Positions 35,894 through 45,301 of a stretch of 46,364 bases of DNA are shown here, piece by piece. The position numbers and the translations under genes are program-made. Each line of letters opens with the position of its first letter. Within the stretch, counting starts at the first letter, position 1. The notes beneath the pieces were generated by a model that worked only from the letters and a program-made list of their open reading frames with translations, had not been told where the DNA came from and did not search any database. Origin of the DNA: Chloroflexota bacterium (GTDB taxonomy: Bacteria > Chloroflexota > UBA5177 > JAJPKF01); NCBI GenBank assembly GCA_035653255.1, contig DASRCF010000086.1, positions 1-46,364 of the forward strand, written 5' to 3'.

Positions 35894-36666
35894 GCGTCGG
35901 GAGCCTTCCCTTGCGCCTGTGCCGGCTCGGGCTCACCCTCGGTCAGCTTTGGTTGGGCACCGGGCGATGGCAATCCCATCTGTTCCTTCATCTGCTCCAG
36001 CTGCAGGTCGACAGAGTTTCCCTGGTCGAGCTGCTTGAGCTTTCGATCGAGGTCGTCCTCGTTGCTGGTGTAGTCGGTCAAGGCGCCTGAATCCATCAGC
36101 TCGTCGATCGCACCGGCCCTCGCCTGGAGCTGCTGGGTCTTGTCCTGGGCGCGCTGGACGGCGAGTCCCACGTCGGCGAACTCTTCCGAGATGCCCGTCG
36201 CCGCCTCGCCGATCTTCACCTGCGCGTTGGCGGCGTTGTACTGCGCCTTGATGACCTCTTTCTGAGTGCGGAAGGACTCGATTTTGGCCTGCAAACGCTC
36301 CTGGGCATCGGTCAACTTCTGCTGCTGCTCCTCCAAGCCGGCAATCTGCTGGCTCAGACCGTTGAGCTGGTCGTCGATGACCTGCTTGCGCTGCAGCGCC
36401 TCGCGGGCGAGATCCTCTTGTCCCGCCGAGAGTGCCTGCCGTGCCTGGTCCTCACGTTTCTGCGACTCAGCCCGCAACTTGTCCGCCTCGAGCTGGGTGC
36501 GACGTTTGGAGGTCACGAGCTCGGCCAAGCCCCGCTTGACGTTCTGAAGCAGCTCCAGCTGCTTCTGGTAGGAGTAGTCCAACGTCTCGTTGGGATTTTC
36601 GGCTCTATCCAGGACCTTGTTCATCTTGGCCCCGAATATGGTGTTCATTCGTCGGAAAACGCTCAT
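35890..36666 (-). CDS. pspA: PspA/IM30 (Vipp1) family protein
   Basis: MSVFRRMNTIFGAKMNKVLDRAENPNETLDYSYQKQLELLQNVKRGLAELVTSKRR, followed by long coiled-coil sequence. Confidence 0.93.
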   Translation of the reverse strand: MSVFRRMNTIFGAKMNKVLDRAENPNETLDYSYQKQLELLQNVKRGLAELVTSKRRTQLEADKLRAESQKREDQARQALSAGQEDLAREALQRKQVIDDQLNGLSQQIAGLEEQQQKLTDAQERLQAKIESFRTQKEVIKAQYNAANAQVKIGEAATGISEEFADVGLAVQRAQDKTQQLQARAGAIDELMDSGALTDYTSNEDDLDRKLKQLDQGNSVDLQLEQMKEQMGLPSPGAQPKLTEGEPEPAQAQGKAPDA

Positions 36667-36724
36667 ATGCTATCGATCACCTATCCTATGGAATCGCCGT
36701 TGAAGCAGGCAAGGCTTCTGAGAT

Positions 36725-36753
36725 AGACTAGTTGTTACCGGCTGACCTGTCAA
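36725..36753 (-). promoter_or_regulatory. sigma-70-like promoter of pspA
   Basis: Minus strand reads TTGACA (36753-36748), a 17-nt spacer, then TAGTCT (36730-36725), about 60 nt upstream of the pspA ATG. The -35 element overlaps the stop of the upstream gene. Confidence 0.45.
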
Positions 36754-37649
36754 CCTGGCGACTGCGTCCCGGCAAGGGGCGGGCGGCGACTCATTCCGGC
36801 ACGGAGCCAGCTGGCCGAGCGACGTCCGGCCGCCAGGATGCCTGCACTGACGGCCACCACGACCACCGCACCGGCGGCATCGAGTATCCAGTGATTGGCC
36901 GAGATGAGGATCACGGCCAGCATCACCGCCGGGTAGACAGCGCCGATCGCCCTGATCCACCACCGACGTCCCACGACCACCAGCGAGAGGCCGACGATGA
37001 GGGCGTAGACCAGGTGAAGACTGGGCATGGCGGCGAATGGATTGTACGTGTAGGAGGTGAGCTGCGCCCCGCCGGCAGCCGTGAAGCCGAGAGCCTGGCT
37101 GGGGTCGAGGAAGCCGTAGTTGGTAAACATGCGCGGGGGCGCAGTGGGGAAGACCATGTACACCATCAGCGCGATCGCCGTCGACAGATAGAACAGGTTG
37201 CGGACGAAGCTGAAGCTGCTGTTGCGCCGCAGGTAGAGCCAAATGAGGAACCCGAGAGTCACGAAGAGGTGGGCCAAACCGTAGAAGACGTCGACGCTGT
37301 GCATCAGAAGGCTATCGGGCCAGAAGAACCTCTCGATTCGGGCTTCCACGAAGAATCCGTGGTCGATCTCGAAGTCCAGCAGCTTGTATCCGTTCGAGTA
37401 GGCCGTCGCCGTGAGCTGGCCGACGATGATGTTGGCACGTGAGAACTCATACAGCCGCTCGAGCATGAGCGTGACCCCGATCTGTACGCACAGGCCGAAA
37501 AACCGGCTCACCCTGGGGAGCTTGCGATGGTTGAGGAAGTGGTCGTACGCCCGCCAGCACAGCCACGAGAGCAAGAGGGTCACCGCCACCACGAAGAGGA
37601 TGTCGCCTTCAAGTACGTCGGCCGCCAGGGCATTTAGCCAGTTAAACAT
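36750..37649 (-). CDS. PAP2-superfamily membrane protein (PAP2_3 / Aur1-like)
   Basis: Multi-pass membrane protein. NPFAAMPSLHLVYALIV resembles the PAP2_3 signature. Confidence 0.55.
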   Translation of the reverse strand: MFNWLNALAADVLEGDILFVVAVTLLLSWLCWRAYDHFLNHRKLPRVSRFFGLCVQIGVTLMLERLYEFSRANIIVGQLTATAYSNGYKLLDFEIDHGFFVEARIERFFWPDSLLMHSVDVFYGLAHLFVTLGFLIWLYLRRNSSFSFVRNLFYLSTAIALMVYMVFPTAPPRMFTNYGFLDPSQALGFTAAGGAQLTSYTYNPFAAMPSLHLVYALIVGLSLVVVGRRWWIRAIGAVYPAVMLAVILISANHWILDAAGAVVVVAVSAGILAAGRRSASWLRAGMSRRPPLAGTQSPG

Positions 37650-37882
37650 CGGGCACCATCGGTTCAGGGTTCTGACAAGTCTACCAATGTCAGGAGAGCT
37701 GCCCGGTCCATGGGTTTACGGAAACCGCGCAGCATCGGACCCTACGGTATCCATCGAGAAAAGCCCGGATTTCAGTGTTCAGAACTGCCGGACGCAGCCC
37801 AAAATGACGGCAGCCCGAGTCGCAGCGACGCACGACCCTTAAGGCCACAACACGACAGGTCCGCTCGCACCTCTGGATTCGT

Positions 37883-38407
37883 ATGATCTGGCTCATCCAG
37901 GGTCTTGCTGCATTCGTATTCCGAGTCGCCGGCGTCGCCGTTCCTGGCCAGGTAGTCCTACTGCAACGGTTTGAGGAGCACGATTGCTGGTGCCTGCCCG
38001 GTGGAAGAGTGGAGATGCTGGAGCCGGCAGCGGAGGCGTCGCGGAGAGAGATGCAAGAGGAGACGGGCTGCTCCGTTGGTGTCGAACGTCTGGTCTGGGT
38101 GGTCGAGAACTTCTTCACGTTTGAGGGCAGAGAGCAGCACGAAGTCGGGCTCCACTTCCTCATGTCGTTAGAGCCATTCGCTCACCTGGTCCGCTGGGCG
38201 GAGTTCTATGGATGGGAGAGCGAGACGCCGATCGTGTTTCGCTGGGTCTCGCTTCCAGACCTTAGACAGCTCGACCTCTACCACACGTTCTTGCGCACGA
38301 CCCTTATTGAGTTGCCTCAAGAACCGAAGCACGTGGTGCATCGAGACGCATCCTTTGTGACGCGGCCAGATCCGTCGAGGGAAAACGTCAGACCCGGAGA
38401 GGCGTGA
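37883..38407 (+). CDS. NUDIX hydrolase
   Basis: Nudix box LPGGRVEMLEPAAEASRREMQEETG. Confidence 0.85.
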   Translation: MIWLIQGLAAFVFRVAGVAVPGQVVLLQRFEEHDCWCLPGGRVEMLEPAAEASRREMQEETGCSVGVERLVWVVENFFTFEGREQHEVGLHFLMSLEPFAHLVRWAEFYGWESETPIVFRWVSLPDLRQLDLYHTFLRTTLIELPQEPKHVVHRDASFVTRPDPSRENVRPGEA

Positions 38408-38540
38408 CGCCCCGGGCAAGGTGCGAGAGGCGTGCGGTGTCGACCCGGCTTGCCTCGACGGTCAAGTCCAGCGGGACTGAATGTCGCGGGAATCGAGAGT
38501 ATTCCTGGGATAATCGAGAAGACTGTGAGAGGAGAGAGTA

Positions 38541-39506
38541 GTGGAATATCGAACTCTGGGACGTACCGGCGTGAAGGTGAGCCCGCTCTGCTTGGGAACC
38601 ATGATGTTCGGACAGCGGGGCAATCCCGATCACGAAGACTCTGTCCGAATCATCCATCGGGCACTTGACGCCGGCATCAACTTCGTCGACACCGCCAACG
38701 TCTACAGCGACGGCGAGAGCGAAGAGATCGTGGGCAAGGCTCTGCGGGGCCGGCGCGATGAAGTCATTCTGGCCACCAAGGTCCACGGTGTACGGGGTCC
38801 GGGACCAAACGACCGCGGCAATAGCCGCGTCCACATCCTGAGAGAGGTCGAGAATTCCCTGCGCCGCCTCCAGACGGACTACATAGACCTCTATCAGATC
38901 CACCGCCCGGACCCAGACACATCGATTGAAGAGACGCTGCGGGCACTGGACCAGCTGGTACGCGACGGGAAGGTTCGTTACATCGGCAGTTCCACCTTTG
39001 CGGCCTGGGAGCTCGTGGAGAGCTACTGGGTTTCCGATCGCTACAATCTGGTCCGATTCGAGTGCGAGCAGCCTCCATACAGCATTTTTGTGCGGGCTAT
39101 TGAGAAGGATGTCCTGCCGGTGTGCGTCAAGTACGGCACGGGCGTCATTCCATGGAGCCCGCTCAACCGTGGCTGGCTCGCCGGAAAGTACCGCCGCAAT
39201 CAGCCCGTCGACCCGCAGTCTCGTGCCGGCCGCAGCGACCCTTTCATCGACAGTCCGGAGTCTGAGTCCGGCAGACGGAAGCTTGAGCTCGTCGAGCAGC
39301 TGATTCCGATGGCGGAGGAGATCGGTGTGAATCTGGCTCAATACGCGTTGGCGTGGACGCTGATGAACCCGGCCATCACGGCGCCGATCATCGGCCCTCG
39401 AATCATGTCTCAGCTAGAGGACAACTTGAAGGCCGTCGAGGTCAGAATTCCAGAGGAGCATCTGCGCCGGATAGACGAGTTGGTCCCGCCGGGAACCGAC
39501 GTCTAG
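38541..39506 (+). CDS. aldo/keto reductase
   Basis: GTG 38541 follows GGAGAG. (M)EYRTLGRTGVKVSPLCLGTMMFG, INFVDTANVYS, LYQIHRPD. Confidence 0.9.
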   Translation: MEYRTLGRTGVKVSPLCLGTMMFGQRGNPDHEDSVRIIHRALDAGINFVDTANVYSDGESEEIVGKALRGRRDEVILATKVHGVRGPGPNDRGNSRVHILREVENSLRRLQTDYIDLYQIHRPDPDTSIEETLRALDQLVRDGKVRYIGSSTFAAWELVESYWVSDRYNLVRFECEQPPYSIFVRAIEKDVLPVCVKYGTGVIPWSPLNRGWLAGKYRRNQPVDPQSRAGRSDPFIDSPESESGRRKLELVEQLIPMAEEIGVNLAQYALAWTLMNPAITAPIIGPRIMSQLEDNLKAVEVRIPEEHLRRIDELVPPGTDV

Positions 39507-39534
39507 CTGCCACACGGACTGGGTTGTCGGCCTC

Positions 39535-40713
39535 CTATCTGAGGCTCCGGGCCAGAGCCGTGAGCAGGCTGGTCTTGGGATTCAGGGTATCGTCCGCAAG
39601 GTCCCACACCATGGCTCCGGCGAGGTGGTAGGACCGGATGAGCGCCACCTTGGCACGGATGGTGGATGGTGCATCGAAGCTGATGAAGATGCCACCTCGC
39701 TTTCCGGGCCGGTAGAGCCACGATTCCTGCGAGTAGCGGTCCGGCCCGTACCGACGATAACCCTCCTTGCCGATGTAATGGGCGACAAGATCTCGATACT
39801 CAAAGACGCCCGGACCGATGGTCCCGAAACTCGTCGGTCCGGAGTAGGGTTGATAGAGGCCGCGATTCCTGGGACGGACCCCGGCGTAGCCTCGCCCGTA
39901 GAAAGGAATCCCGAGCATAACCTTGCCGGGTCGCACGCCGTCGTGATGAATCAGGCGGTCCAGGTTGCCGACCACGGAGTAGCCGTGTTTGTACTCGGGA
40001 TCACGCGGGTTAGCCCGGACCGGCGCCAGAAAGTCGGTGACCCTGTCCCCCCATGGGCCGTGGAAGTCGTAGGTCATGAGGTTAATCCAGCTGAGCAGCG
40101 GGCCGACGTGTTTCCAATCGATGTTGAAGTAGGTGGAAACGGCGGCGGTGACGGGAGCGGCACGACCGAGCCGTCGGCGAAAGGCCCGGATCAGGGCCGT
40201 GTACTCGCGCCTCTCACGGCTGGTGTGTGGACCTTCCCAGTCGATATCCACGCCCGAGAACACGTGGCTGGACCTGATTACCCGGTCGCAGTTCGCCACC
40301 AGGCGGTCGATGCGTCGACCTGAGGACACGGCATCGGCAAACGATGACCCGGATCCACTGCTGTTGACCGACAACAGGACCTGGAGGCGCGGGTAGCGTC
40401 GCCGGGCGCGGCGAAGGATGGGGAAGTCGCGGGTGGCGTCACCGGTCCGCAGCGCGCAGGAATCCTTGGAGGCGTCAGCAAATGCAAAGATCAGGGCTGA
40501 GAGGTGCCCAAAGGGAACCCGGGTTAGCGACAGGCAGGCGCTGCAGTAGTTGTCCCAGTCGGCGTAGTACCCGACGATCGCCTTCCCGCCCTTTGCCGGT
40601 TTGGCGGCTAGAGCCGGCGCCCCCTGATGCGGAAGCAGTCCAGCCGGGGTCAGCAGCAATAGAGCGAGTCCGGCAGCGCCACGGAGCCCGAGCCGGAGTC
40701 GCTTAGCGCCCAC
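39535..40713 (-). CDS. secreted GH18 glycoside hydrolase (chitinase-like)
   Basis: Signal peptide, then FSGVDIDWEGP (DxDxE catalytic motif), MTYDFHGPW, LAGAMVWDL. Confidence 0.85.
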   Translation of the reverse strand: MGAKRLRLGLRGAAGLALLLLTPAGLLPHQGAPALAAKPAKGGKAIVGYYADWDNYCSACLSLTRVPFGHLSALIFAFADASKDSCALRTGDATRDFPILRRARRRYPRLQVLLSVNSSGSGSSFADAVSSGRRIDRLVANCDRVIRSSHVFSGVDIDWEGPHTSRERREYTALIRAFRRRLGRAAPVTAAVSTYFNIDWKHVGPLLSWINLMTYDFHGPWGDRVTDFLAPVRANPRDPEYKHGYSVVGNLDRLIHHDGVRPGKVMLGIPFYGRGYAGVRPRNRGLYQPYSGPTSFGTIGPGVFEYRDLVAHYIGKEGYRRYGPDRYSQESWLYRPGKRGGIFISFDAPSTIRAKVALIRSYHLAGAMVWDLADDTLNPKTSLLTALARSLR

Positions 40714-41176
40714 GATTGAGAGTTTGCCGGCGACGTGCCGACATAATGGCGACTAGGGACCGCTTCAGCTGCCAGCGGAAAAACCGCGTTCCTCCACCCC
40801 GCGTGGCTATGCTGAACCTCATCACGCCGCCTCGCCAACCCACGAACCGGCGCTCGATGTTCACCTCTATGGTGGACCCGCGGCCATTTTGAGGTTTGAT
40901 GCGCATGTCGATCATCCCGCCTGGAGCCAGGACGTTGGAGTCCTGCACGACCGACCATATCCGTCCTGGGGCTGAGAAGTCGTAGCGTTCGATGGTCCAG
41001 AATGGCCCCGCTCCCTCCCTGACCACGGCTACGCCGTCATGCCGCTCCAAGACTTGGTAGGTCTTACGGCTGAGATTGGGGAAGTAGTCCGGCCTGCTGT
41101 CGCTGAAGTCGGTCAGCATGGCGAAGAGCTGATCGGCCGGCACCGGACAGTCGACGGAGAACCGATAGGCAGCCAC
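40703..41176 (-). CDS. SRPBCC-family (polyketide cyclase/dehydrase-like) protein
   Basis: MAAYRFSVDCPVPADQLFAMLTDFSDSRPDYFPNL, 157 aa. Confidence 0.6.
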   Translation of the reverse strand: MAAYRFSVDCPVPADQLFAMLTDFSDSRPDYFPNLSRKTYQVLERHDGVAVVREGAGPFWTIERYDFSAPGRIWSVVQDSNVLAPGGMIDMRIKPQNGRGSTIEVNIERRFVGWRGGVMRFSIATRGGGTRFFRWQLKRSLVAIMSARRRQTLNRGR

Positions 41177-41180
41177 AAGG

Positions 41181-41585
41181 TTACGAACGCATCAGATCGA
41201 CGTAGAGGCGGCGACGCCGGGGACCGTCGAACTCGCATAGATAGATACCCTGCCACCGACCCAGCGCGACAGTTCTTCCCGAGATCGGAATCAGGAGCGA
41301 GAACCCCATCAGACTGGCCTTGACATGCGCCGCCGAGTTGCCCTCCGCGTGACGATATGCCGGATCCTCCCGGGGAACGAATCGACACAGGGCATGCAGT
41401 ATGTCGCGCTTGACGTCGGGGTCGGCATTCTCGTTGATCGTGAGCCCGCAGGTGGTGTGCGAGCAGTAGACCGCGCACAGACCATCATCCAGCCCCTCAT
41501 CTTGAACCAATCTGCTCACAGGGCCGGTGATGTCCCGCAGCTCCTCACGGCTTCGGGTCTCAACATCCAGTACATGGCGGCTCAC
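41181..41585 (-). CDS. yjbQ: YjbQ/UPF0047 family (secondary thiamine-phosphate synthase) protein
   Basis: HTTCGLTINENADPDVKRD, HAEGNSAAHVKASLMG. Confidence 0.88.
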   Translation of the reverse strand: MSRHVLDVETRSREELRDITGPVSRLVQDEGLDDGLCAVYCSHTTCGLTINENADPDVKRDILHALCRFVPREDPAYRHAEGNSAAHVKASLMGFSLLIPISGRTVALGRWQGIYLCEFDGPRRRRLYVDLMRS

Positions 41586-41693
41586 GTCTCAGTCTGGCAA
41601 ATGGTTGTCATGCGAGGGGCAGGAGTCCTGCCGGAAGCTCGTGTCGCGGGTCTAGCATAGACCGGTCGGACCAAGACGGCGTGGAGGCCATGG

Positions 41694-43070
41694 GTGTTCT
41701 TCCAGCAAATCGTTGACCAGGACCTGGGTTGCGCATCCTACATCGTGGCCTCCTCGAGTGAACAGACCTGTTTGATCGTCGACCCTCGATGGGAGATCGA
41801 GCCCTATCTCGAGGTGATTCACACGCAAGGGTTCACGGTGTCGGGTATTGTGGAGACCCACACTCATGCCGATCACGTCTCGGGGCACGGGAGACTGGCC
41901 GAGGCAACCGGCGCCCCGATCTACATTCACGAGTCCGCGGACGTCGAGTACCCCCATCGCAGCCTGAGAGATGGCGACGTCATCCGGCTGGCCGAGGTGT
42001 CACTGCACGTCCTGCACACGCCGGGACACCGACCCGAGCACATAGCGCTGGCTGTTGAGGACGGGGCAAGGGGCGCCGATCCGTGGCTCGTGATGACCGG
42101 AGATAGTCTGCTGGTGGGAGACGTCGCCCGGCCAGATCTGGCGGTTGATGGAATCCAGGGGGCCGAGCTGCTGTTTCAGAGCTTGCACGAGAAGCTGCTG
42201 ACCCTGCCCGAATTCACGCAGGTCTATCCCGCACACCTCGCCGGCTCGCTCTGCGGGCGCGTCGACAGTCACGTCTCGGGCACGACATTGGGCTACGAGC
42301 GGAGATACAACGCCGCGCTTACCGTCGCCGAGCCGGAAGCCTTCGTCGCCTTCATGAACCGGGATCTTCCGCAGCGACCACCAAACATGGAACGAGTTGT
42401 GGCTCTCAATCGCGGGCCACTCAACAGCAGAGCTGACTTTCCAGCGCGCCTCTCACCGGAGGACGTATCGGCCCTGGATGACTCGATCCTCCGACTCGAC
42501 GTCCGCCCATCCGACGATTACCTCTGCCTCCACATCCCGGGATCCGTCCATGTTCCGGTTTCGGGTTCTCAGTTCGGCACCCGAGCGGGTTTCGTGGTGG
42601 CGGTTGACACGGAGCTGGTGTTGGTTTCCCAGGGAGACGACGACTGCCGGGCTGCGGTGAATGGGCTGCGGGCGGTTGGGTTCGAGAAGCTGCGCGGCTT
42701 TCTGCGTTTCGAGGACTGGATCGAATCGGGACGAGAGGTCGCCTCTATTCCGACCATTTCTGCCCGGGATCTCAGCTTCCATCTGGGGCGGGACGACGTC
42801 GCGGTCCTCGACGTTCGGGAACCGTCCGAGTGGAAGCAGGGAGTCGTCGAGGGGGCGCAGCTGCTGCCGTACCATCGCATCATGGATCTAGGGGTTCCGC
42901 TTCCCCAGGCCGCATTGGTGGCAACGGTGTGCGAATCGGGCGTCCGGAGCGCCATCGCGGCCGCTCTGCTCGAACGGCGGGGACTGTCGAACGCGGCCAA
43001 CGTTTCCGGAGGGATGACAGCTTGGGTGGAAGCGGGTCTTCCTGCGGTTCCACCACCCGACAGGAAGTAG
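41694..43070 (+). CDS. MBL-fold persulfide-dioxygenase-like protein fused to two rhodanese domains
   Basis: GTG 41694 follows GGAGG. ETHTHADHVSG, HTPGHRPEH. The middle rhodanese has a degenerate loop (VLVSQGDDD, no Cys). The C-terminal rhodanese has the active loop VCESGVRS. Confidence 0.85.
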   Translation: MFFQQIVDQDLGCASYIVASSSEQTCLIVDPRWEIEPYLEVIHTQGFTVSGIVETHTHADHVSGHGRLAEATGAPIYIHESADVEYPHRSLRDGDVIRLAEVSLHVLHTPGHRPEHIALAVEDGARGADPWLVMTGDSLLVGDVARPDLAVDGIQGAELLFQSLHEKLLTLPEFTQVYPAHLAGSLCGRVDSHVSGTTLGYERRYNAALTVAEPEAFVAFMNRDLPQRPPNMERVVALNRGPLNSRADFPARLSPEDVSALDDSILRLDVRPSDDYLCLHIPGSVHVPVSGSQFGTRAGFVVAVDTELVLVSQGDDDCRAAVNGLRAVGFEKLRGFLRFEDWIESGREVASIPTISARDLSFHLGRDDVAVLDVREPSEWKQGVVEGAQLLPYHRIMDLGVPLPQAALVATVCESGVRSAIAAALLERRGLSNAANVSGGMTAWVEAGLPAVPPPDRK

Positions 43071-43223
43071 GTACGCGCCTGGCGTAGCGACTATGGCCGT
43101 CAAGGTGGCCAAGCATTTCTGACTCTCGGCGCGCCGCCGAGATCAGACAACCTTTATGGTCATGGTATCAAAGTCCCTTAGCTGATAGCTACAACTTACT
43201 TGCTACTTCAAGACTAAAGGTAC

Positions 43224-43252
43224 TTGACAAAAGTGGCAGGACATGCTATGAA
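43224..43252 (+). promoter_or_regulatory. sigma-70-like promoter of hsp20
   Basis: TTGACA (43224-43229), a 17-nt spacer, then TATGAA (43247-43252), inside the only AT-rich stretch of the window (about 43140-43320). Confidence 0.5.
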
Positions 43253-43338
43253 GTAAGTGAAGGGTTCGAGAGAACCCGATAGACGAAGGCAAATCATGAA
43301 GCGTTCGTCGTAGCACTATCTTCATGGAGGTACGAACT

Positions 43339-43788
43339 ATGGCAAACACTTTGACCCGCTACAGCCGACCCGACATGGTACCGACGCGTTCGCTCATCGA
43401 CCAGCTTCTCGAGGGCAGTTTCTTCGCCCCCTCGGCGATGGACCACTGGTTCAATCCGACCACTGGGGTGCCCGCTAACCTGATCGAGACGGCGGACCAC
43501 TACATCGTGCAGGTGGCGCTGCCGGGCCTGGATGCCGACAAGCTCGAGATCAACGCGGTGCAGCGCGATCTGCGCATCAAGGGCGTGTACGAGCAAGAGA
43601 ACGTCGAGAATGCCAACTACATCTGGCACGGGCTTCCCTCGGGTGAGTTCTCGCAGACCTTCACCCTACCGGCTGAGGTCATGGGAGAGAACGCCGAGGC
43701 AACCTATACCAACGGCATCCTCAGCATCAGCATCCCCAAGGCTCAGAACGCCCGGGTCAAGACGATTCCGGTCAAGAAAACCGTCTAA
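43339..43788 (+). CDS. Hsp20/alpha-crystallin small heat-shock protein
   Basis: GGAGG lies 8 nt before ATG 43339. ADHYIVQVALPGLDADKLEINAV...FSQTFTLPAEV...ATYTNGILSISIPK. Confidence 0.92.
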   Translation: MANTLTRYSRPDMVPTRSLIDQLLEGSFFAPSAMDHWFNPTTGVPANLIETADHYIVQVALPGLDADKLEINAVQRDLRIKGVYEQENVENANYIWHGLPSGEFSQTFTLPAEVMGENAEATYTNGILSISIPKAQNARVKTIPVKKTV

Positions 43789-43806
43789 GGACCCCGGGAA
43801 AGTATT

Positions 43807-43840
43807 CGAGGCCCTCGATTCGAGGGCCTCGTTTTGCTTT
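43807..43840 (+). terminator. rho-independent terminator after hsp20
   Basis: Perfect 11-bp stem CGAGGCCCTCG-att-CGAGGGCCTCG followed by TTTTGCTTT. Confidence 0.75.
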
Positions 43841-43867
43841 CCCGGTCAGACGAAGACCGAGCCGGGA

Positions 43868-45301
43868 TTAATGCACGTAGTGCTGAATGAACATTACAGC
43901 CACATACGGGCCCATCCAGACCAAACCCAAGACACTGATCAGAGCGGCCCAGTGCGGATGCTTTGTCAGTGGTATCAATTGCGGCACTGCAGATCGCCGC
44001 GCCACGAGCCACTGAATGGCCCTGACGGCCAAGGCCGCGAACAGCGCCATTTCGAACATGAAGACCGCGTCGTGGGTCGCCATTCCGAGATGCCAGCCGT
44101 AGATGTACAGCTTCCCCCAGATGTGACGGCCGAAGCTCTGGCCGAAGATAGGAAGCAGCATGCCTCCGTCGAGCTGGCTCCCCGAGTTGACGATATTGTC
44201 GACGAGCAGCCACACGTTGATGCTGCTCCATAGACCGAGCAGGAGCATGTCCCCGGCCGCCAGCAAGAGCACCATCGGCACCAGCCAGACGAGCCACTGC
44301 GAGAACCAGAAGGAGAAGAGGAACACCGTGAGGAGCGTCAGCACCCATAGGGCGGCGATATCCTCCGTTTGACGCGGCTTCCGAGCTGCAATCCACGCCA
44401 GGAGGAGCAGGGCGGCGTAGGCTACCAGAAAGAGGTGCAGAGGATAGCGCTCGTATCCATTGGCGGCCAGAATCGAGGACCCATCATGGGCCTGGAGCAC
44501 GCGTTGGACGAATATGGAGTTCCAAAATGGCAGCACTATGAGGACGGGAGGGAGGATGCCCGCCAGACCGAGCTTCATCACGTCGAGCGGCCTTCTGTGT
44601 GACAGCAAAAGGGCTGTCAGCGGCACGAGCAAGAGGGCGTAGTTTTTGAACGCCGCTGCCAGGCCCAGCAGCAGCATGCCCCAAATCAATCGCCGCCTTT
44701 GAAACGCGACCAGGGCGCCCAGGGTCGACACCGCCGGAAAGATGTCGTTCTGCGTCTGCATCAACACCGACACGATAACGGCCGGTGACGTAAGCCACAG
44801 GATCAAGCCCACACGGGAGGACAGCCGGTCTTTCACCAACATGAGTACCAACGGCACCGCGCCCACCAGGGTCAAAGCGAAGGGGAGCTTGATTAGGATC
44901 ATACCCAGCCAGAACCTCGGTCCTCCGGAGTGGCCGAACAGGTAGTGAAACATGCGCCCGGGCGTGGGGGCGATGGGATCCAGGCGTAGCAAGAGCAGAA
45001 GCTTCAGATAAGCCCCGTCGAGCAGGTACGAGAGCGGCGGCATGGTGGTCTTTGTGCCGCGCAGGCGGTGCGTATGAGCAAAGTAGTCGTAGACCTGAAT
45101 GTGTCCGAGCGCCACTTGGTTGGCGATGAAGGAGTTCTGGAGCACATCTCCCTGCTGGAAGAACATCATGGCACCGACGGCCATCGCGAGGTAGCCAAGG
45201 CAAGTCAGTCCCGTTAAGAGGCGGAGGACGATGATGTGGCGTCCTTCCCGCTCCAAACCTCCGGCCTTGGCACTCTTGGGTAGGGCTACAGCTTCGGCCA
45301 T
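43868..45301 (-). CDS. polytopic membrane protein, GT-C-like glycosyltransferase (DUF2029/GT87-like)
   Basis: 477 aa, more than 10 TM helices. AAAFKNYALLLVPL resembles the DUF2029 mannosyltransferase motif. Confidence 0.5.
   Translation of the reverse strand: MAEAVALPKSAKAGGLEREGRHIIVLRLLTGLTCLGYLAMAVGAMMFFQQGDVLQNSFIANQVALGHIQVYDYFAHTHRLRGTKTTMPPLSYLLDGAYLKLLLLLRLDPIAPTPGRMFHYLFGHSGGPRFWLGMILIKLPFALTLVGAVPLVLMLVKDRLSSRVGLILWLTSPAVIVSVLMQTQNDIFPAVSTLGALVAFQRRRLIWGMLLLGLAAAFKNYALLLVPLTALLLSHRRPLDVMKLGLAGILPPVLIVLPFWNSIFVQRVLQAHDGSSILAANGYERYPLHLFLVAYAALLLLAWIAARKPRQTEDIAALWVLTLLTVFLFSFWFSQWLVWLVPMVLLLAAGDMLLLGLWSSINVWLLVDNIVNSGSQLDGGMLLPIFGQSFGRHIWGKLYIYGWHLGMATHDAVFMFEMALFAALAVRAIQWLVARRSAVPQLIPLTKHPHWAALISVLGLVWMGPYVAVMFIQHYVH

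Noticed and set aside
43262-43277. ggttcgagagaaccc resembles a tRNA T-arm.
   Set aside because: There is no acceptor, D or anticodon arm around it. It is a simple hairpin in the hsp20 leader. I saw no other GTTCGAATC-type T-loops with tRNA context in the window.
43170-43330. CIRCE (HrcA) or HAIR (HspR) operator upstream of hsp20.
   Set aside because: Only a partial tagcact half-site is present, with no inverted partner. No CTTGAGT-N7-ACTCAAG is present.
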